Source: Bugula neritina
Lineage: Eukaryota > Animalia > Bryozoa
Assembly (NCBI GenBank): GCA_964035545.1
Contig: OZ037773.1
Location: forward strand, 7,345,751 to 7,409,750
Length of the DNA stretch: 64,000 nucleotides
Direction of reading: 5' to 3'
Positions 25,301-38,450 of the stretch are shown here, piece by piece (within the stretch, counting starts at the first letter, position 1; each line of letters begins with the position of its first letter). The translations under genes were made by a program, and so were the position numbers. Under the pieces are notes generated by a model. It was not told the origin of the DNA and made no database searches. It saw only the letters and a program-made list of their open reading frames with translations.

Positions 25301-28300
25301 TTTAGAAGGTTTAGAATCTAGACATCTGTGGCTCCATCTGAAAGAATTGACAACCCAATGCTTGGATGTACAGAGCTATAACAGTGTCTGTACACTATTC
25401 TCTTTATTAAAAAGAACCTTTTTTATCAAAAGTATAACCTAGATTTGTTTGTGTCATTTGGTACAATATAAATGGTTTTATTAGGTGTATATTTCAGTCA
25501 GTGATATTAAGCAAACTAGTAGATATAAGAGTATTATATGAAATGGTGCAACTTCTGTAAACCATGAGAAAAAGTCGTATTAAATAGTTTTATAATTAAT
25601 TACCAGCTATGAGCAGGCTGCACATGTTATAATTGGATTCAGTTGCCAGTTTCTATAAGGATACAGGCACATTTTTCAAACAAAGAAAGTAGAGATGCAC
25701 AAGGTAAATCAGACAAGGGCCGTTTCCAGTGATTGATCACATTTCAACAGGTAAGATTTATTAAGGACAATAAAGCCTAGGTTTGCGAGACTTCATCTAA
25801 TCTGCATTATTTGCACTACTTTTAAATTTATTCACTTTTTACACAAAATTGTTCAATATAGACAAGATTTATGCATATGCACGTCTTTAGATTCATTAAC
25901 CATTCATGATCACTTGCAATCATTTACAAACAGCATTGTATACTGTTTTGGTCAAGCATTGTAGTTGATGTTACGACAGAATCTACCTATTGTTTCCTAG
26001 TATTGTTACCTGAACCAGCGGTCTACCTTGCACTTATTATGCACGAAGTTTTGCATAATCTAACGCTCTGCAATTAATGAAACACTGGCATGCAATACTC
26101 AGTTTTGCAATAAGGATGATTTATTGAATGCGGAGTAAAAAGGAAGGGAAAGTCTTAAATAACTTTAGCAAATCATATGCCACCGTGAAGAACTGCAAGC
26201 TCTTGATATAATATTAGAAAACATAAACTTTGGGCTTTAGCATTGGCTGATAGTGGTATGTCCAGGTTTGGATAAAGAATGTGCAGCACCTGAGAGCAGT
26301 TACCTACTACCTATTACCTACTCCCTATTACCTACTACTTATTACCTATAACTACCTACTACCTTGGTTTAAATGTATGCAGTTATAAAAGATTACCCCT
26401 TAATTCTAGGATGCTATTTAACGGAAGGTGTTTACTTGCTCATATAAACAGTTAGCCTACTTTATATTGAGCTTTAGGTGGGAGGAGAGATGTTACAGAG
26501 TGACCAAACCTTGTCACTAATAACATGACTCAACTTTCAGTTATGCCAATTAATATTAATTAGTTTATAATTGCGCTATTTATATCCCTGTACCCAACAA
26601 CTGTATTTGCACTTTGAAACACACACAGTATGTTATGGCCAACTCTGGAAACTTAAATGTAATGCTATCTAATATACCTTTCAAGAGCTGGAGGTTATGG
26701 AGTTTGGGTATTATGTTAAACAAATACGTTAAGAGATGAATCACACAACTGCAGTATTGTGCAGGTGATGCAAACAATAGTTGAAGTTGAATTAGATCAA
26801 GCTTTGAGGTTAATCTATGATTTAGCCATTTAGTTTGATCCAAAACTAAACTAAATGTATTTCTGTTTTACGAGCTCTAACTCTTTTATTCAGGGTGAGA
26901 TGCATTCTCTACGCATCTATTAGATTATCGTATAATTTAAATAGATGAGTGGCTGATTGTTAAAAGTTACAGCATGTACTTTCTTAAATCTAGCCATTAA
27001 AATACTGGGATTTATCTCCCAACAGCCACATGTTATTCTGATCTCAAAAGCAAGTTAAATTTCAGTATGCAGTCAATGTAAATGAAATACAACCTGCACT
27101 AAATTTCGTTCAAAGCAGACATTTTAATATTCTACATTAGAATTGTTAAAGTAAAGAAGTATATGCATAGTAGATGTTAAAGCCAAAAGTTGCATTATAA
27201 ACTGCTACTATATAGTTATCAGTATTAGTTTATTTATTTATATTTACACACTAAATGATTTTGGTTTTTGAACTACAAGATGCATTAGGACTCAGGCTTG
27301 AATAAGAGCCTATTGCAGCTTGAATCTTTATTTAGAATGGATATTTTTTCAACTGATATATCCAAATATATGGATACATACATCAAATATATTCGAAGTC
27401 TTGTGAAATACATTGGCATGATGGAGAATGACTTTGATTTCTGATGACAAACTAAATAAGAGAAACTGGTTACAGGGTGAGCAGAGGGGACAAACAATGA
27501 TATGATATAATCTGTTACATAATGCCTAAAGATAGCAGCTTTATAAGCTTTTAATTCTGTCTCTCTGTATTGAAATTCTGTCTAATGGCTGGTTTAATGA
27601 AATGGATGATCAGTGACCTTACATAAAAAGAAAAATGTTTGCAACTATGAAAAACTTTGGGCCAAATCTGCATTGAATAAAACATAGAGGGAGAGCTTCT
27701 AGTTTTTGGCCCTGTGGGCTCAACATTTTATTTAGATAAATTAAACGTGACAACAGTCTTTGTGACATTACATTATACAATTCTCATTCACTCTAAACAA
27801 TTAAGTTAGTTGTATTATTTAGATAGCTCAATACTTTGCATGACTCATCATGTAAATTGAATTAAAGTAGCAACTAAAAGTAGTTTTTGAAAACACAAAG
27901 TATGAATTAATATTATTGTTACACAAAGGCTAGCAACACGAATGGCCTATCATAATAACACTTTTTGGGCGTGCTGTTCAATTTTATATCTACTAAATCA
28001 TTGAAAGACACCGATGAATTTGCTATATGAACATTGACGTGATTCATAACTAAATCTACGCACCAAATAACCCCAAGTGGTGTATTTACTACGTCTGCAT
28101 TATGTTGGGAAGAAGCCAGCTGACTTAATCCAGGTGTCTATTGAATGATTTTATTACATTTTGTTTTTCTACAGAGTTTTATCATCAGCTGTAAGCCTTT
28201 CATACACATTAGTAGGTACTACCATCTATGCTAGGGTTGGTAGTCTATGATGCATGCAGGTAGATTTACATTTTGCGTAACTTGAAAATTTACCTGCAAG

Positions 28301-30234
28301 AATTTCTAGTACGTCTGTTACTTGATAGGGTTTAGGAAGCCTAACTTTTCAAGCCTTTCTTTTGAAAATCATTATTTAGAACAAATATAACTGATGCTAA
28401 TGCTAATGGCCTCAAAAATATACCAAAGCTGATTCAATAAATTTGCATTTTCTTTTGCTAAATTGTATTATATACTTATACAGTCATTCTAATATTGCTT
28501 GTTTTAGATTAATATAAAAGTCTATAAAAAACTTTTTAATTTTAACAGCTTTAGAAATTTGAAGTTTTATTTCCATTGAGAATAATATAGGCAGCTATAG
28601 GAGTTGAAATATTGAGACTTGGGGTAAATTAATATTCTATAAATTTAATCTGCAGTCCTACAATAATAAAAACATATTTTATTGCTGCAGCATTTGTAGC
28701 CTGGACTAAATTATGATGCATGGTAAGTAAAGTAGTAAAGATAACTTACTATAGTAAATTACTAATCAATTGCACTCTTATAGATCCTATAGCAGTTTGA
28801 ATGTATATAATTTGATATGGTATAAATATTGCATTAAGTTTTCAAACAGACCTCTGAATAGTTCTTCCATTTATATACCAGAACTCAACAGAAGTTTGGG
28901 CACAGAGAGAGCATAGTAAACACAAAGAGTCTAATGAAGAGTTAACGTGGAAACAATTTCCCACAAGTGAATAATTCTGATCCCTCCCTTCTACTCTGAA
29001 CTGAAAGACTTACAGTGATGTTCAACAAATCGGTGAGGTCCTCAGAAAATGCCACCATGTTGTTTCTATCTCGTGATTTGTCCTCATTCCACCAACTCAT
29101 TCTAACCTCAACCTACAAGAAGTCATAGCAATGCTGATCATAGGTAAAGCCGAGGGTAGGCAAAACTTATTTTATACCTATGTTGTGGCCATTTTTCTAA
29201 AACAACTGAAGTTGATTAAAAGTAGTTATTCTGAAACTAAAACCTGACAGGTCCATTCTACTGTGAATCAGCTAAGCGCTGGTTACCAGGAGAAATACAA
29301 GTCATTGTCAGATAGAAAATATAAATTATTTGTTTTTATTAGTATAATTGGCGAGACAAACTGCTAACCTAAAATTGGCCAATACTTACATGTTTTCTAA
29401 AAGTAATTGATAATTTTATAAGTTTTATATAAATATATTTACCTTTTATATAAATTTCATATAAATCTAAAATTTTAAACTGTATATATTTACACTTTGC
29501 CTTGGAAGCGAAAAATATATTTTAGTTTTGCACAAAGCTTGAAACAGAACTTCTAAAAAACTCTGCAGTTGTTTTTTTATTAAGATTATCAAACTCTTAG
29601 CATCAAAATACATCTTATGTGGTCCCATCAGCTGTTTTATGGTGGCCATTATATACAGCATTAGGAGTTGCTTACTTATTAATAACATTTGATAAAAGGA
29701 GGATAACTCTTAGAATCTACCATTGGAAGATATTATAAAGCCAGCTTCACTACACACGTATTCTGTTTATAGATTATCAGTTTGATAAAAATTAAAAAAA
29801 AACTTCTTATCAATAGGTTGACATACTCCCTGTAATGTTTGATAATAGGCTTTATAGTTTATGGGCAGCTATTTAATATTTTGTTCTCCGTGTAACAAAA
29901 GTTAGATGAACTTGTGATGGACAATTATAACTTTAATTTATCTACTAGTCTGATTGAACTACCTTATTACACTTGTATATACAATATCATATATAATGAT
30001 ATACCATAATAATATAACTTATATAAACTTAGATAGTGTTGGCAGCTCTAAGCAAAGTTAATGTACACATTTATTCTGTATCACTTTTGTAGCGGAAAAA
30101 GTTCAAGCAGTGCATTGTTTATACATTTAGCTGCCATCACATAAATAATTCCGTTATTTTTGAATAGCAATATATTATAATTATTATAATATTATAACAA
30201 TATATTATTTTATTTTAGTTTGAGTCTAAACACA

Positions 30235-30307
30235 TGGTGATGTTAGGAAGAACATCTAGTCATAATTGCTTTTGTGCAACATAAAAAAGTCTTTAGTCCG
30301 CTTTAAA
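30235..30307 (+). mobile_element. SINE fragment (3' part) of the family at 33565-33705 and 58350-58493
   Basis: GGTGATGTTAGGAAGAACATCTAGTCATAATTGCTTTTGTGC...TTTAAA is a near reverse complement of 33565-33640. Confidence 0.7.
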
Positions 30308-31949
30308 CTTTTCATCAAGATAGCGACTATAAGCTCATCCCATTTGCTATATTATATTATTTTAGCAATATAGTATAATATACAATATATGTGACTAATT
30401 TATTGTATGTTAAAAACTATGAGATAAATAATAGTTGTATACAATATATTTAGTTACATATCACTCTCTCTTGTTACTCACCTTTTTTATGAGATGTGAC
30501 ACGCATTTATAAGATAAGAACTAGATATAAGGGTGCTTTGTAGGCTCTACAGTTACCCCTGTGCATAGGAGAATCTGAAAGCACCTTAAAATAACAACGC
30601 ACTGTAGCTTACAAATGAAATCAAAGAGATGTAAAACACTGAGACTAGCCGTCTGTATACCTGTATAGTACTTGGAGAGGGCAACTGTTTATAGAGATGC
30701 AGCAATATTAGAATTAATTATCATTTAGGTACGCAAATAGTAGCCTGCAACATGAATTATTACCATAATGATGTTACACAAGCTAAATAGCCTCAGTTTA
30801 AACTGTTCAGTTTAGAACACCAAGAAGTTTGATTTGTGGGTAGATATCACGTTGAATCTGAAGCTAGGAGTTTGTTTGGTTATGCCGGATTTCTATACTA
30901 TTTGTAGGTCTGAATAATTGTAGACAGCTTTGGAGAATTTTTCCAACTTAGCTAATAGAGGATTGTATATTTATCTTCGTCTGCATGTGTCAACTATTAC
31001 TCTGATGACTATACACAGTAGCAATAGTTATTATTATTCTGATGACTATACACAGTAGCAGTAGTTATTATTTTAGCTGATGACTGAATTGAACTTGTTT
31101 AAAATGTCAAATGTGTCATTATGCTAAACATCCTGTAAAATGAAGAATGATGTTATCTTCACTAACTTCATAAAAAACTTCAAGCTTTTTTTGCAGGATG
31201 CATTAATACTATGTATATAAAATATAACCTAAAATATATTTTGTTTTATGATATATTATATGCTTGATTATTTGGGACTAGTTTAGCTTTATAAATTTGT
31301 ATATTGATCTCAGAAATCACTTCTTTGAACTAAAATAATAAGCCTTTAAAAAGTATTTGATTGTATTTATAAAAATTCCAAGTTCTATTCTAACATTTAA
31401 CCAATGATGATTCTAGAATTTGAAAAAAATAAGTAGATAAGCTGTTAATAACCTAACTAGTAAATATAAATGTCCAAAATTTTATGTCAAATCAGCCAGT
31501 GATGGTGACGGGATTGTCGAGTAGTTCCCATAATGTAATGAAATGCACAATGACTTGCAAGATGGAGAACCAGGATTCCAGGTGGGGGGGGGGGACAGTT
31601 ATTTTACACCAAAAGTCTTTTTTAGAGTCCTAAAAAGATATTTCTTTGTAATAGTTTCAGAAAGTTATTGGCACCGTTTGAGCTAGGCGGTATATTAAAT
31701 ACTCAATATGAAAGTCTTCCATTGCTATAAATAAAATAGGATAACTTTCTACTGATCAGAAAGAGGCTGGATGAATCATTCGTAAACTGCAAGTTTTCTA
31801 TGCACTACGAATGTGCATGCAAATTTCATGTCTATTATATGTGAATCATGGTAGATACATTGATTTACCATTGCTGTATTATCATAAAATGCTCGTTATG
31901 ATAATATAATACATCTTATTGCAAATCATACTAATTTGGAGTGAGTACG

Positions 31950-32095
31950 AAAATGTTTCATTAGAAGAGATCAGTTTTATGAAGGCTTCAGGAGGTTATA
32001 ACTCCATATTACATTCTAACAAGCCCAAATGTATATATTGGAGTTATACCCTTCTGAAGTAACTAAGTCTTCATACAGTTTGAAAAATGAACTAA
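31950..32095. mobile_element. Palindromic MITE-like/foldback remnant
   Basis: CTTCAGGAGGTTATAACTCCATATTACATT (~31986) is an imperfect inverted repeat of AATGTATATATTGGAGTTATACCCTTCTGAAG (ending ~32059); an outer pair ATGAAGGCTT/AAGTCTTCAT is also present. Confidence 0.55.
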
Positions 32096-32129
32096 AACTA
32101 TAGAGTTTTAGATTCTGTCATAAAAAACA

Positions 32130-32408
32130 ACGTTGTAGCCTGTAAGCCACATTTCGAGTCGCATTTCTTTTATACATTTCCTCTATCATAATAATATTTC
32201 GTGTTGCAATTACAAACATGGCGAAATAAATAAGAGTTTTCTTCTCAATCTAAACAGAAATCGATAGAAAACTTTTTTGCAGCGTTGCTTTTCGTGATTG
32301 GTTCTTGGCTCATGGATTTGGTTATGAAACATGTGTTTACCTTGTGGGAGTTATATAAATTGAAATACCCATTAAATTTAATATAAAATTATTTGATAAA
32401 TTAAAAAC
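32130..32408 (+). promoter_or_regulatory. Putative SDR39U1 promoter and non-coding first exon
   Basis: CpG-enriched patch, YY1-like AAACATGGCG (~32214), DRE-like ATCGATA (~32260), strong donor AAC|GTAAGT at 32409 and acceptor TTGTAG at 33330. Confidence 0.5.
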
Positions 32409-32461
32409 GTAAGTGAGTAATCATTATTGAAATAGATAGGTTTTATGCACATTGTTATAAC

Positions 32462-33235
32462 TTCACAATGATGATTTGCACTAAGCATAATGATAATCAT
32501 AATGATATTATGATAATGATTATCACATTAACATTTAGTTTTACTTTTAGTTTTACTACTTTTACTTTTAGCTTCACAATCTGAATCTGAAAGTGAATCA
32601 CTCACAGTCAGTGTCACACCGTGAGCGTGAATGTCAGGATCGTGATTATTATGATGATGATCACGAGGATACTGATAGTCATAGTGTAGCTGTAAGTGTA
32701 AGTGTTGCACTTTCACTTTCACTTTGACTTACACTCACACTGATAGTGATAGTCATAATGTTGCTAACCTAGTGATAGTCATACTCATACACATACTGAT
32801 AGTGATACTAACTTTCAGTCTCACACAGTGATAGATATAGTGATAGTCACCATGATTATAAGTATAACTGTGACAGACTATTAGAGTATTACATTTACTA
32901 TAACTATAATAGTAACTATGACACTAACAGTAAATGTAACTGTAAGTGTATGTGTTAGTGTAACTATCACAGTCACTATCACCATGGTTATCGTACACTT
33001 ACAGCTACTCATAGTTATACTATTACTTATACTTGTATTTATTTTAAAACTAATTCCTTAATACTAATACTAATAGTAATAGTAATTGAGTGATTGTCAA
33101 TTGAGTAATACTTATGCTGATAGTCATGATCATACTGATGCTGATAGTCATGGTGATTGTAAACAATACTAGTAGTAATAGTAATACTAATAGTATTAGT
33201 ATTAGTATTAGTAATTATTGCTGCAAATCATGGTA
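32462..33235. repeat. Drifting-hexamer low-complexity tract (A-N-T-N-N-N lattice)
   Basis: 6-bp period with a changing unit: TGATAA, TTTTAG, TCTGAA, TGTAAG, TTTCAC, TGATAG, TCATAC, TAATAC, TATTAG. Confidence 0.8.
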
Positions 33236-33461
33236 GTGGAGTTATCTTCCATTGCTTGAAAGTTTGCTGAATTGGATTACTTGTATAACTTAGATATCAT
33301 GTTTGCTAGCAATATTTTTATTTGTTGTAGATTTCTGTTGTAAGAAAATGGTAGCATGCCTGAGGAGTTAATCAATACAGACATTTTCTGTGTCAGACTA
33401 AGGTAGGCGGAGACGGAATAAGGTAGAAGGAGGCATTGCTCAACGTCAACTCATTGAAGCC

Positions 33462-36400
33462 ATGAAGATACTTGTAGGTTAGTAAAGGTTTTATTTCTAT
33501 CAACATCAAAATATATTGGCCACATAGGCTTAGTAAGTGTTTGCATATATTACAAAAATTTGTTTTTTAAAGCAGGCTAAGGTCTTTTTCTTATGCGGCA
33601 CAAGAGCAATTATGATTGGATGCTCTTCCTAACATCACCCTAGTGGTTGGACTCAAACCACTAACCTTGTATTGACTAGACCAGCACTCTAACCACTACA
33701 CCATAGCATATTATGTGGGCAGTTTAATATAATGCTGAAAAAGTTTGTAATTAGTTTTACTTGGTCTCGGTTTTGCAGCATTTTCTATTGTATGGAGGCT
33801 ATCTTTTGCCACATGTATTATGAAAGGCAAAGTTTGCCTGAGGTATTCTGTCTTAAAATTCTGCCACCTTTTATTAGGCGGAGGCAGTGGTTTTATTGGA
33901 CGACACTTGCGGAAGTTTGCTGAGGGTCAAGGTCATGAAGTTGTGAACATAACCCGGAAGTCCACTAATCCGAATGATCTAACTTGGGTATCAAATTAGC
34001 TTTGCCTGCTTTTGTTATCTGCAGCACTATTTCAACACAAGAAGTTTATAACTAAATGCACTGCTCTAATATATTATACACATAGATGTCTATTACTATG
34101 GGTTGTCCCATTATGTGGGATCATTTAACTTCTTTAGAACTTTGTGCGTCTTGTGACTCATTCTATGACTGATTTTACTACTTTGCTGCAAAGCTGTATC
34201 TTATTTCTCCAATTTTTTTAGAAGTCTTCTCTTCTGCTTTCCACGTTCTGCTTTCTCCCCTCACAATTCTCTTCTTTGATCAGTAGTCGTCTCTTCGTTA
34301 CTCCTTCAATCCTTTTGTGAATTCGCTCACTACTGCTTATGGAATGCTCATTTCAGACTCTGTTAAACTTTGTCAGCCCCACTCATTGCCTTATCTCTTT
34401 AGCCAGCTATATGCTGCTCTCATGTGATCTTAGATACTGCGTAGTATGACTTTAACTGTTTACAGTTAGTTGTACATCGGAAGTTGTGAAGAGTTGGTTT
34501 TGCTCAACATTTGAATACTTGTACCAATAAATACTTTTTTATGTACAAATGAAACTATTATGCCAGCTGAAGCTATTTGTAGTCTACTAAAATTTCAAAA
34601 AACTATTTTAACAAATCAATAGTATGAATGTTGACTTGGTTTTAGTTTGTCTGGCGGCTTTTCGTAACTCAACTTTTCTGTTATTAGACTCTATTGGAGA
34701 GGTATGGACTGCCCCCTGGTGTGGACGGTGTCGTTAACTTGGCAGGGAAAAACATTATGACACCCACCAGGTTAGCTTTGTACAATGTCTCGCTTGTAAA
34801 AGGTAGGCAGGTAATGGTCAGCTACGTGCCTAGTCTGTGACATTTGTGATAGTATTTATAGTCTCTATCATAGCAATGCAGTTCCTCAAAAGTCTTGTGT
34901 GCAAAAATAAGTATAGATAAATGCATTTTGTTTTGTGTCAAATTCACACTGAGTCCACACTGTTAGTTCTTCACACTGTTAGTTAATTAGCACTGTTAGT
35001 TACTGAGTTCACACTGTTAGTGACACCACACTGTTAGTTAGTGACACCACACTGTTAGTTAATGAAACCACACTGTTAGTTCACACTGTTAGTTAGTGAG
35101 TTCACACTGTTAGTTACTGAGTTCACACTGTTAGTTACTGAGTTCACACTGTTAGTTACTGAGTTCACACTGTTAGTTACTGAGTTCACACTGTTAGTCT
35201 TACTCTCAGGTGGACAGCTGATTTTAAGAAAGCTTTGATAGACAGTCGAGTGAACACAACCAGAATCCTCGTTGAATCTGTTAACTCGGCGAAGGTGAAA
35301 CCCAGTGTGTTCATTGGATGCTCAGCCGTAGGTATGTGAAAGCAGTGTGTTTATTGGATGCTCAGCCGTAGGTATGTGAAAGCAGTGTGTTTATTGGATG
35401 CTCAGCCGTAGGTATGTGAAAGCAGTGTGTTCATTGGATGCTCAGCCGTAGGTATGTGAAAGCAGTGTGTTCATTGGATGCTCAGCTGTAGGTATGTGAA
35501 AGCAGTGTCTTTGCTATGCTGGGCATTTCTGGGGCTACATCATTAATATTGAAATTTTTAGTTGCAACTCTCACAGTCTTTGTCCCATTATCTTTCTTAA
35601 ATTTTAATAAATGGTGTAGTACCTGCTGAACTGAAAGGCAAGGATAGACTATTTTTAAAGGATAGTTGGGAAATTTTTGACCGACGTTCGTGAAATGTTG
35701 ATTTTATCGGCGAAAGCATCAACAGGGAGCATGTCTAGCTTGCTTCTTGTTCTGATGACTTGTATCACGTGCTCTATGCAGGATATTATGGAACTGAGGA
35801 CAGAGGCAGCGCTGTTGATGAAGACTCCCCGCCAGTGTCAGAGTTTGTCTCCGATTTGTGTCAGCAGTGGGAGGCAGCTGCCCAGGTTGATGACCCTGAT
35901 GTACGCAGTGTTATAGTTCGTGTGGGTAAGTGTGATAGTATACATTACATAACCTGCACTACGTGACTACACACTAAATACGTATATTATATTGCTTCAC
36001 TGTGCGCCCTGTACCTTCATGGTGGTTGGTTGGCTGTCAGTCCAACTGCACGTTGTAAATAAAGTTACTGGAAACATAAAATGTTTGATTATAATGTGAT
36101 TTTTGCTGAATTCTTGGGGATATCTGCTGAAGATTGAACCAAGGATTTGAGTCAAAATTTAGTGTTGATACTCATAATTTTGTTAACAATAATTTTTTTC
36201 CAAAAAGTTGTGAAAACCAGCTCTAGTTTTCAATTTACGCACCTGTTGAGTTATTTTTAGGTTTAGCTATTGGCAAGGATGGAGGGATGCTAGCATCAAT
36301 GTATTGGCCATTTTTCTTTGGTGTCGGAGGCGTGATAGGCGATGGTCAACAGTGGTTTCCATGGATACACGTGGACGATGTAGCAGGAGTTATACTGCAC

Positions 36401-36676
36401 GCCATTAACAATACCAATGTACACGGAGTTCTAAATGCAGTGGCACCTGAAACAGCCACTAATGCTCACTTCACCAATGCTCTCGCGACTAGCATGCGCC
36501 GCTACGCTCCTTTTCCTGTACCAAAATGCCTGCTAAGTTTGACTCTCGGCGATCAGCGAGCGGATATGATGACATCCTCACCTAAGATTCTACCAACTCG
36601 AACTCTAGCTTCAGGGTATAGTTTCAAATACTCATCTCTGCAGGCCGCTTGTGATGATTGTGTGAAATGGGGCTAA
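33462..36676 (+). CDS. SDR39U1: Epimerase family protein SDR39U1 (TIGR01777/YfcH-like atypical SDR), ~296 aa
   Basis: Exons 33462-33477, 33878-33987, 34688-34770, 35210-35331, 35782-35925, 36261-36676 join in frame. Motifs: MKILVGGGSGFIG (Rossmann GxGxxG), VVNLAGKNI, DSRVNTT, SAVGYYG, LCQQWEAAA, GDGQQWFPWIHVDD, GVLNAVAP. Confidence 0.95.
33565..33705 (-). mobile_element. tRNA-derived SINE copy
   Basis: Shares GCACA(A/G)GAGCAATTA(T/A)GATTGGATGCTCTTCCTAACA with 58350-58493. The minus strand begins with A-box-like TGGTGTAGTGGTTAG and B-box-like GGTTTGAGTCC. Confidence 0.75.
34943..35198. repeat. Minisatellite, ~21 bp unit (GAGTTCACACTGTTAGTTACT), abutting the SDR39U1 exon-4 acceptor
   Basis: About 12 copies of the CACACTGTTAG core. 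Confidence 0.92.
35295..35508 (+). repeat. 40-bp tandem repeat x5 spanning the SDR39U1 exon-4 end and splice donor
   Basis: Unit CAGTGTGTTCATTGGATGCTCAGCCGTAG|GTATGTGAAAG, with GT donors at 35332, 35372, 35412, 35452 and 35492. Confidence 0.95.
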
Positions 36677-38450
36677 GAAATCCAATAATTGAAGTTGGGG
36701 AAATGCGTGTTGTTATAACAAGAGGTGGTAATTTGTTTAATAACCTTTTTGTTTCATGTACCATGAATCTTTTGGTTTTGAATCTATATCTTGTCTGAAC
36801 AGAATTGCTCTTAGAAATATTATCACCAGCTGTATAATGGTGAGCTATAATATATTTCTAGTTTTTTGTATAGTTTGTTTGCATAAGACTGCTGCTATTT
36901 GACTTGTAATACAGGTAGCAAAAGTGGTGTACTAGTAATTATTCGTATATTTGGAATATAGACTGGAAAAGTTGATGGCAACATAAATGTATAGACGAAT
37001 AGCGTTAATTATAGAATATATTATGAGAATAAAAATGGAGCTGCAAGTAAATGCAGTAAAGAACTAATGCATACAATATTCAATAAAGTAGTAGAAGTAT
37101 ATGGCACTCAATAACCCAGTATACTCCGTATAGAACGTGCACATTGATTATAACAGTTTTTACCTAAACCAAAAGTTAAAAAAAAAATCTTGAATAACAA
37201 ATATAACATAAAATAACTGAAAATATATGAGATTTACATGAGTGTTCCAACCTGAATCTACAAACAGGCTATGTATATATTATAATAGAACTGACTATGT
37301 GTGCCATGAGCATCTCTAGACAATGCTTAGGAAGAGCAGATAACTCTCACTCATTCATTTCACTATAGCTAACAAAATCGTTATTTGGGTAAAAAATTCC
37401 ACAAAATCGACCAATTCATTACAAAGTTATCTTATTTTCATAAGAAAACTACTGTATCCGATACTATCATGTCCCTAGACAGCGTATATAGGCAGTTAAT
37501 AGAATATAAGAGGGACAAGCATGTATCCTAGGGATGCTCAGACAGCAATATAGAACCAAGTGACTTGTGCTTACGGTATATATCCGCCTAAAAGCTAGAA
37601 ACATGATAAAAGCTATAAAATATAGAACTATGTACATAATGTATAGTGTACATGTGGAATAGACTAAATATCCTGTATACCTCGTATCACCCGACCTTTT
37701 CCGAACTTGTGTAAAGATCTGTAAAAAATGTTTTGACATTTGCTTGTATAGATGCGCCTGGCTATTGTATACGGCAGGCACTAGAAAATACTAACTGTAC
37801 ATCATGGTAGTAACAGCAGCTACTAAATATAGCAATGGCTACTTACAAAATGCTCAAACTTATAACGTAATATTACAAATAATCTATAGTTAGATTATGG
37901 AGAAGTCAATGTACTGTAATAGTGTTTATCAAGCTTGAGATGTTAGAGATCATGTTCAATCTTTGGAAAGGATATGTTGCATCGCATGAAGTTAGTTTTC
38001 CGCCATGTTCCATCTGCTGACACATTTGCTCGTCACCAGGAGTGAGGTAACAACAGAACCTGAAATAATAAATTATTCCTCATTAACGTTTCTTCCTTAC
38101 TTTCTATAAAATTATATTGATTAATAATGTAGTTATACTGATATTCAATGCAACACGTAGCAATGAGAAGTTATGTTCTCAATATACTTATTCAAAAATA
38201 CACATTTACAACAGAAACTTAAATATTGATGCTAACTTTGTGCCACCTATGGGCAAAATCAATTTTTTCTGGCATCAAGAGAAAAAATTGTTATTATACA
38301 ATAGTTAGAGTTAATGCAATTTAATTACATATTTTTTCAAAATTTCTTGTTACCTTAAACAAGTCAAATTCCGTATACAGAAAATTATTGCCAGCCAATA
38401 ACTAGTGACATGACATCTCTACAATGGTAATCGTCTACTCACCTTACACA

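Noticed and set aside
32528-32722. ORF with alternating dipeptides (KVKV, HLHL, DSDS, KSKT)
   Set aside because: By-product of the 6-bp lattice; stops interrupt the frames across the tract and there is no splice support.
35295-35508. Regular 40-bp repeats as a possible CRISPR array
   Set aside because: Head-to-tail copies without unique spacers, eukaryotic exon/intron context and no cas genes.
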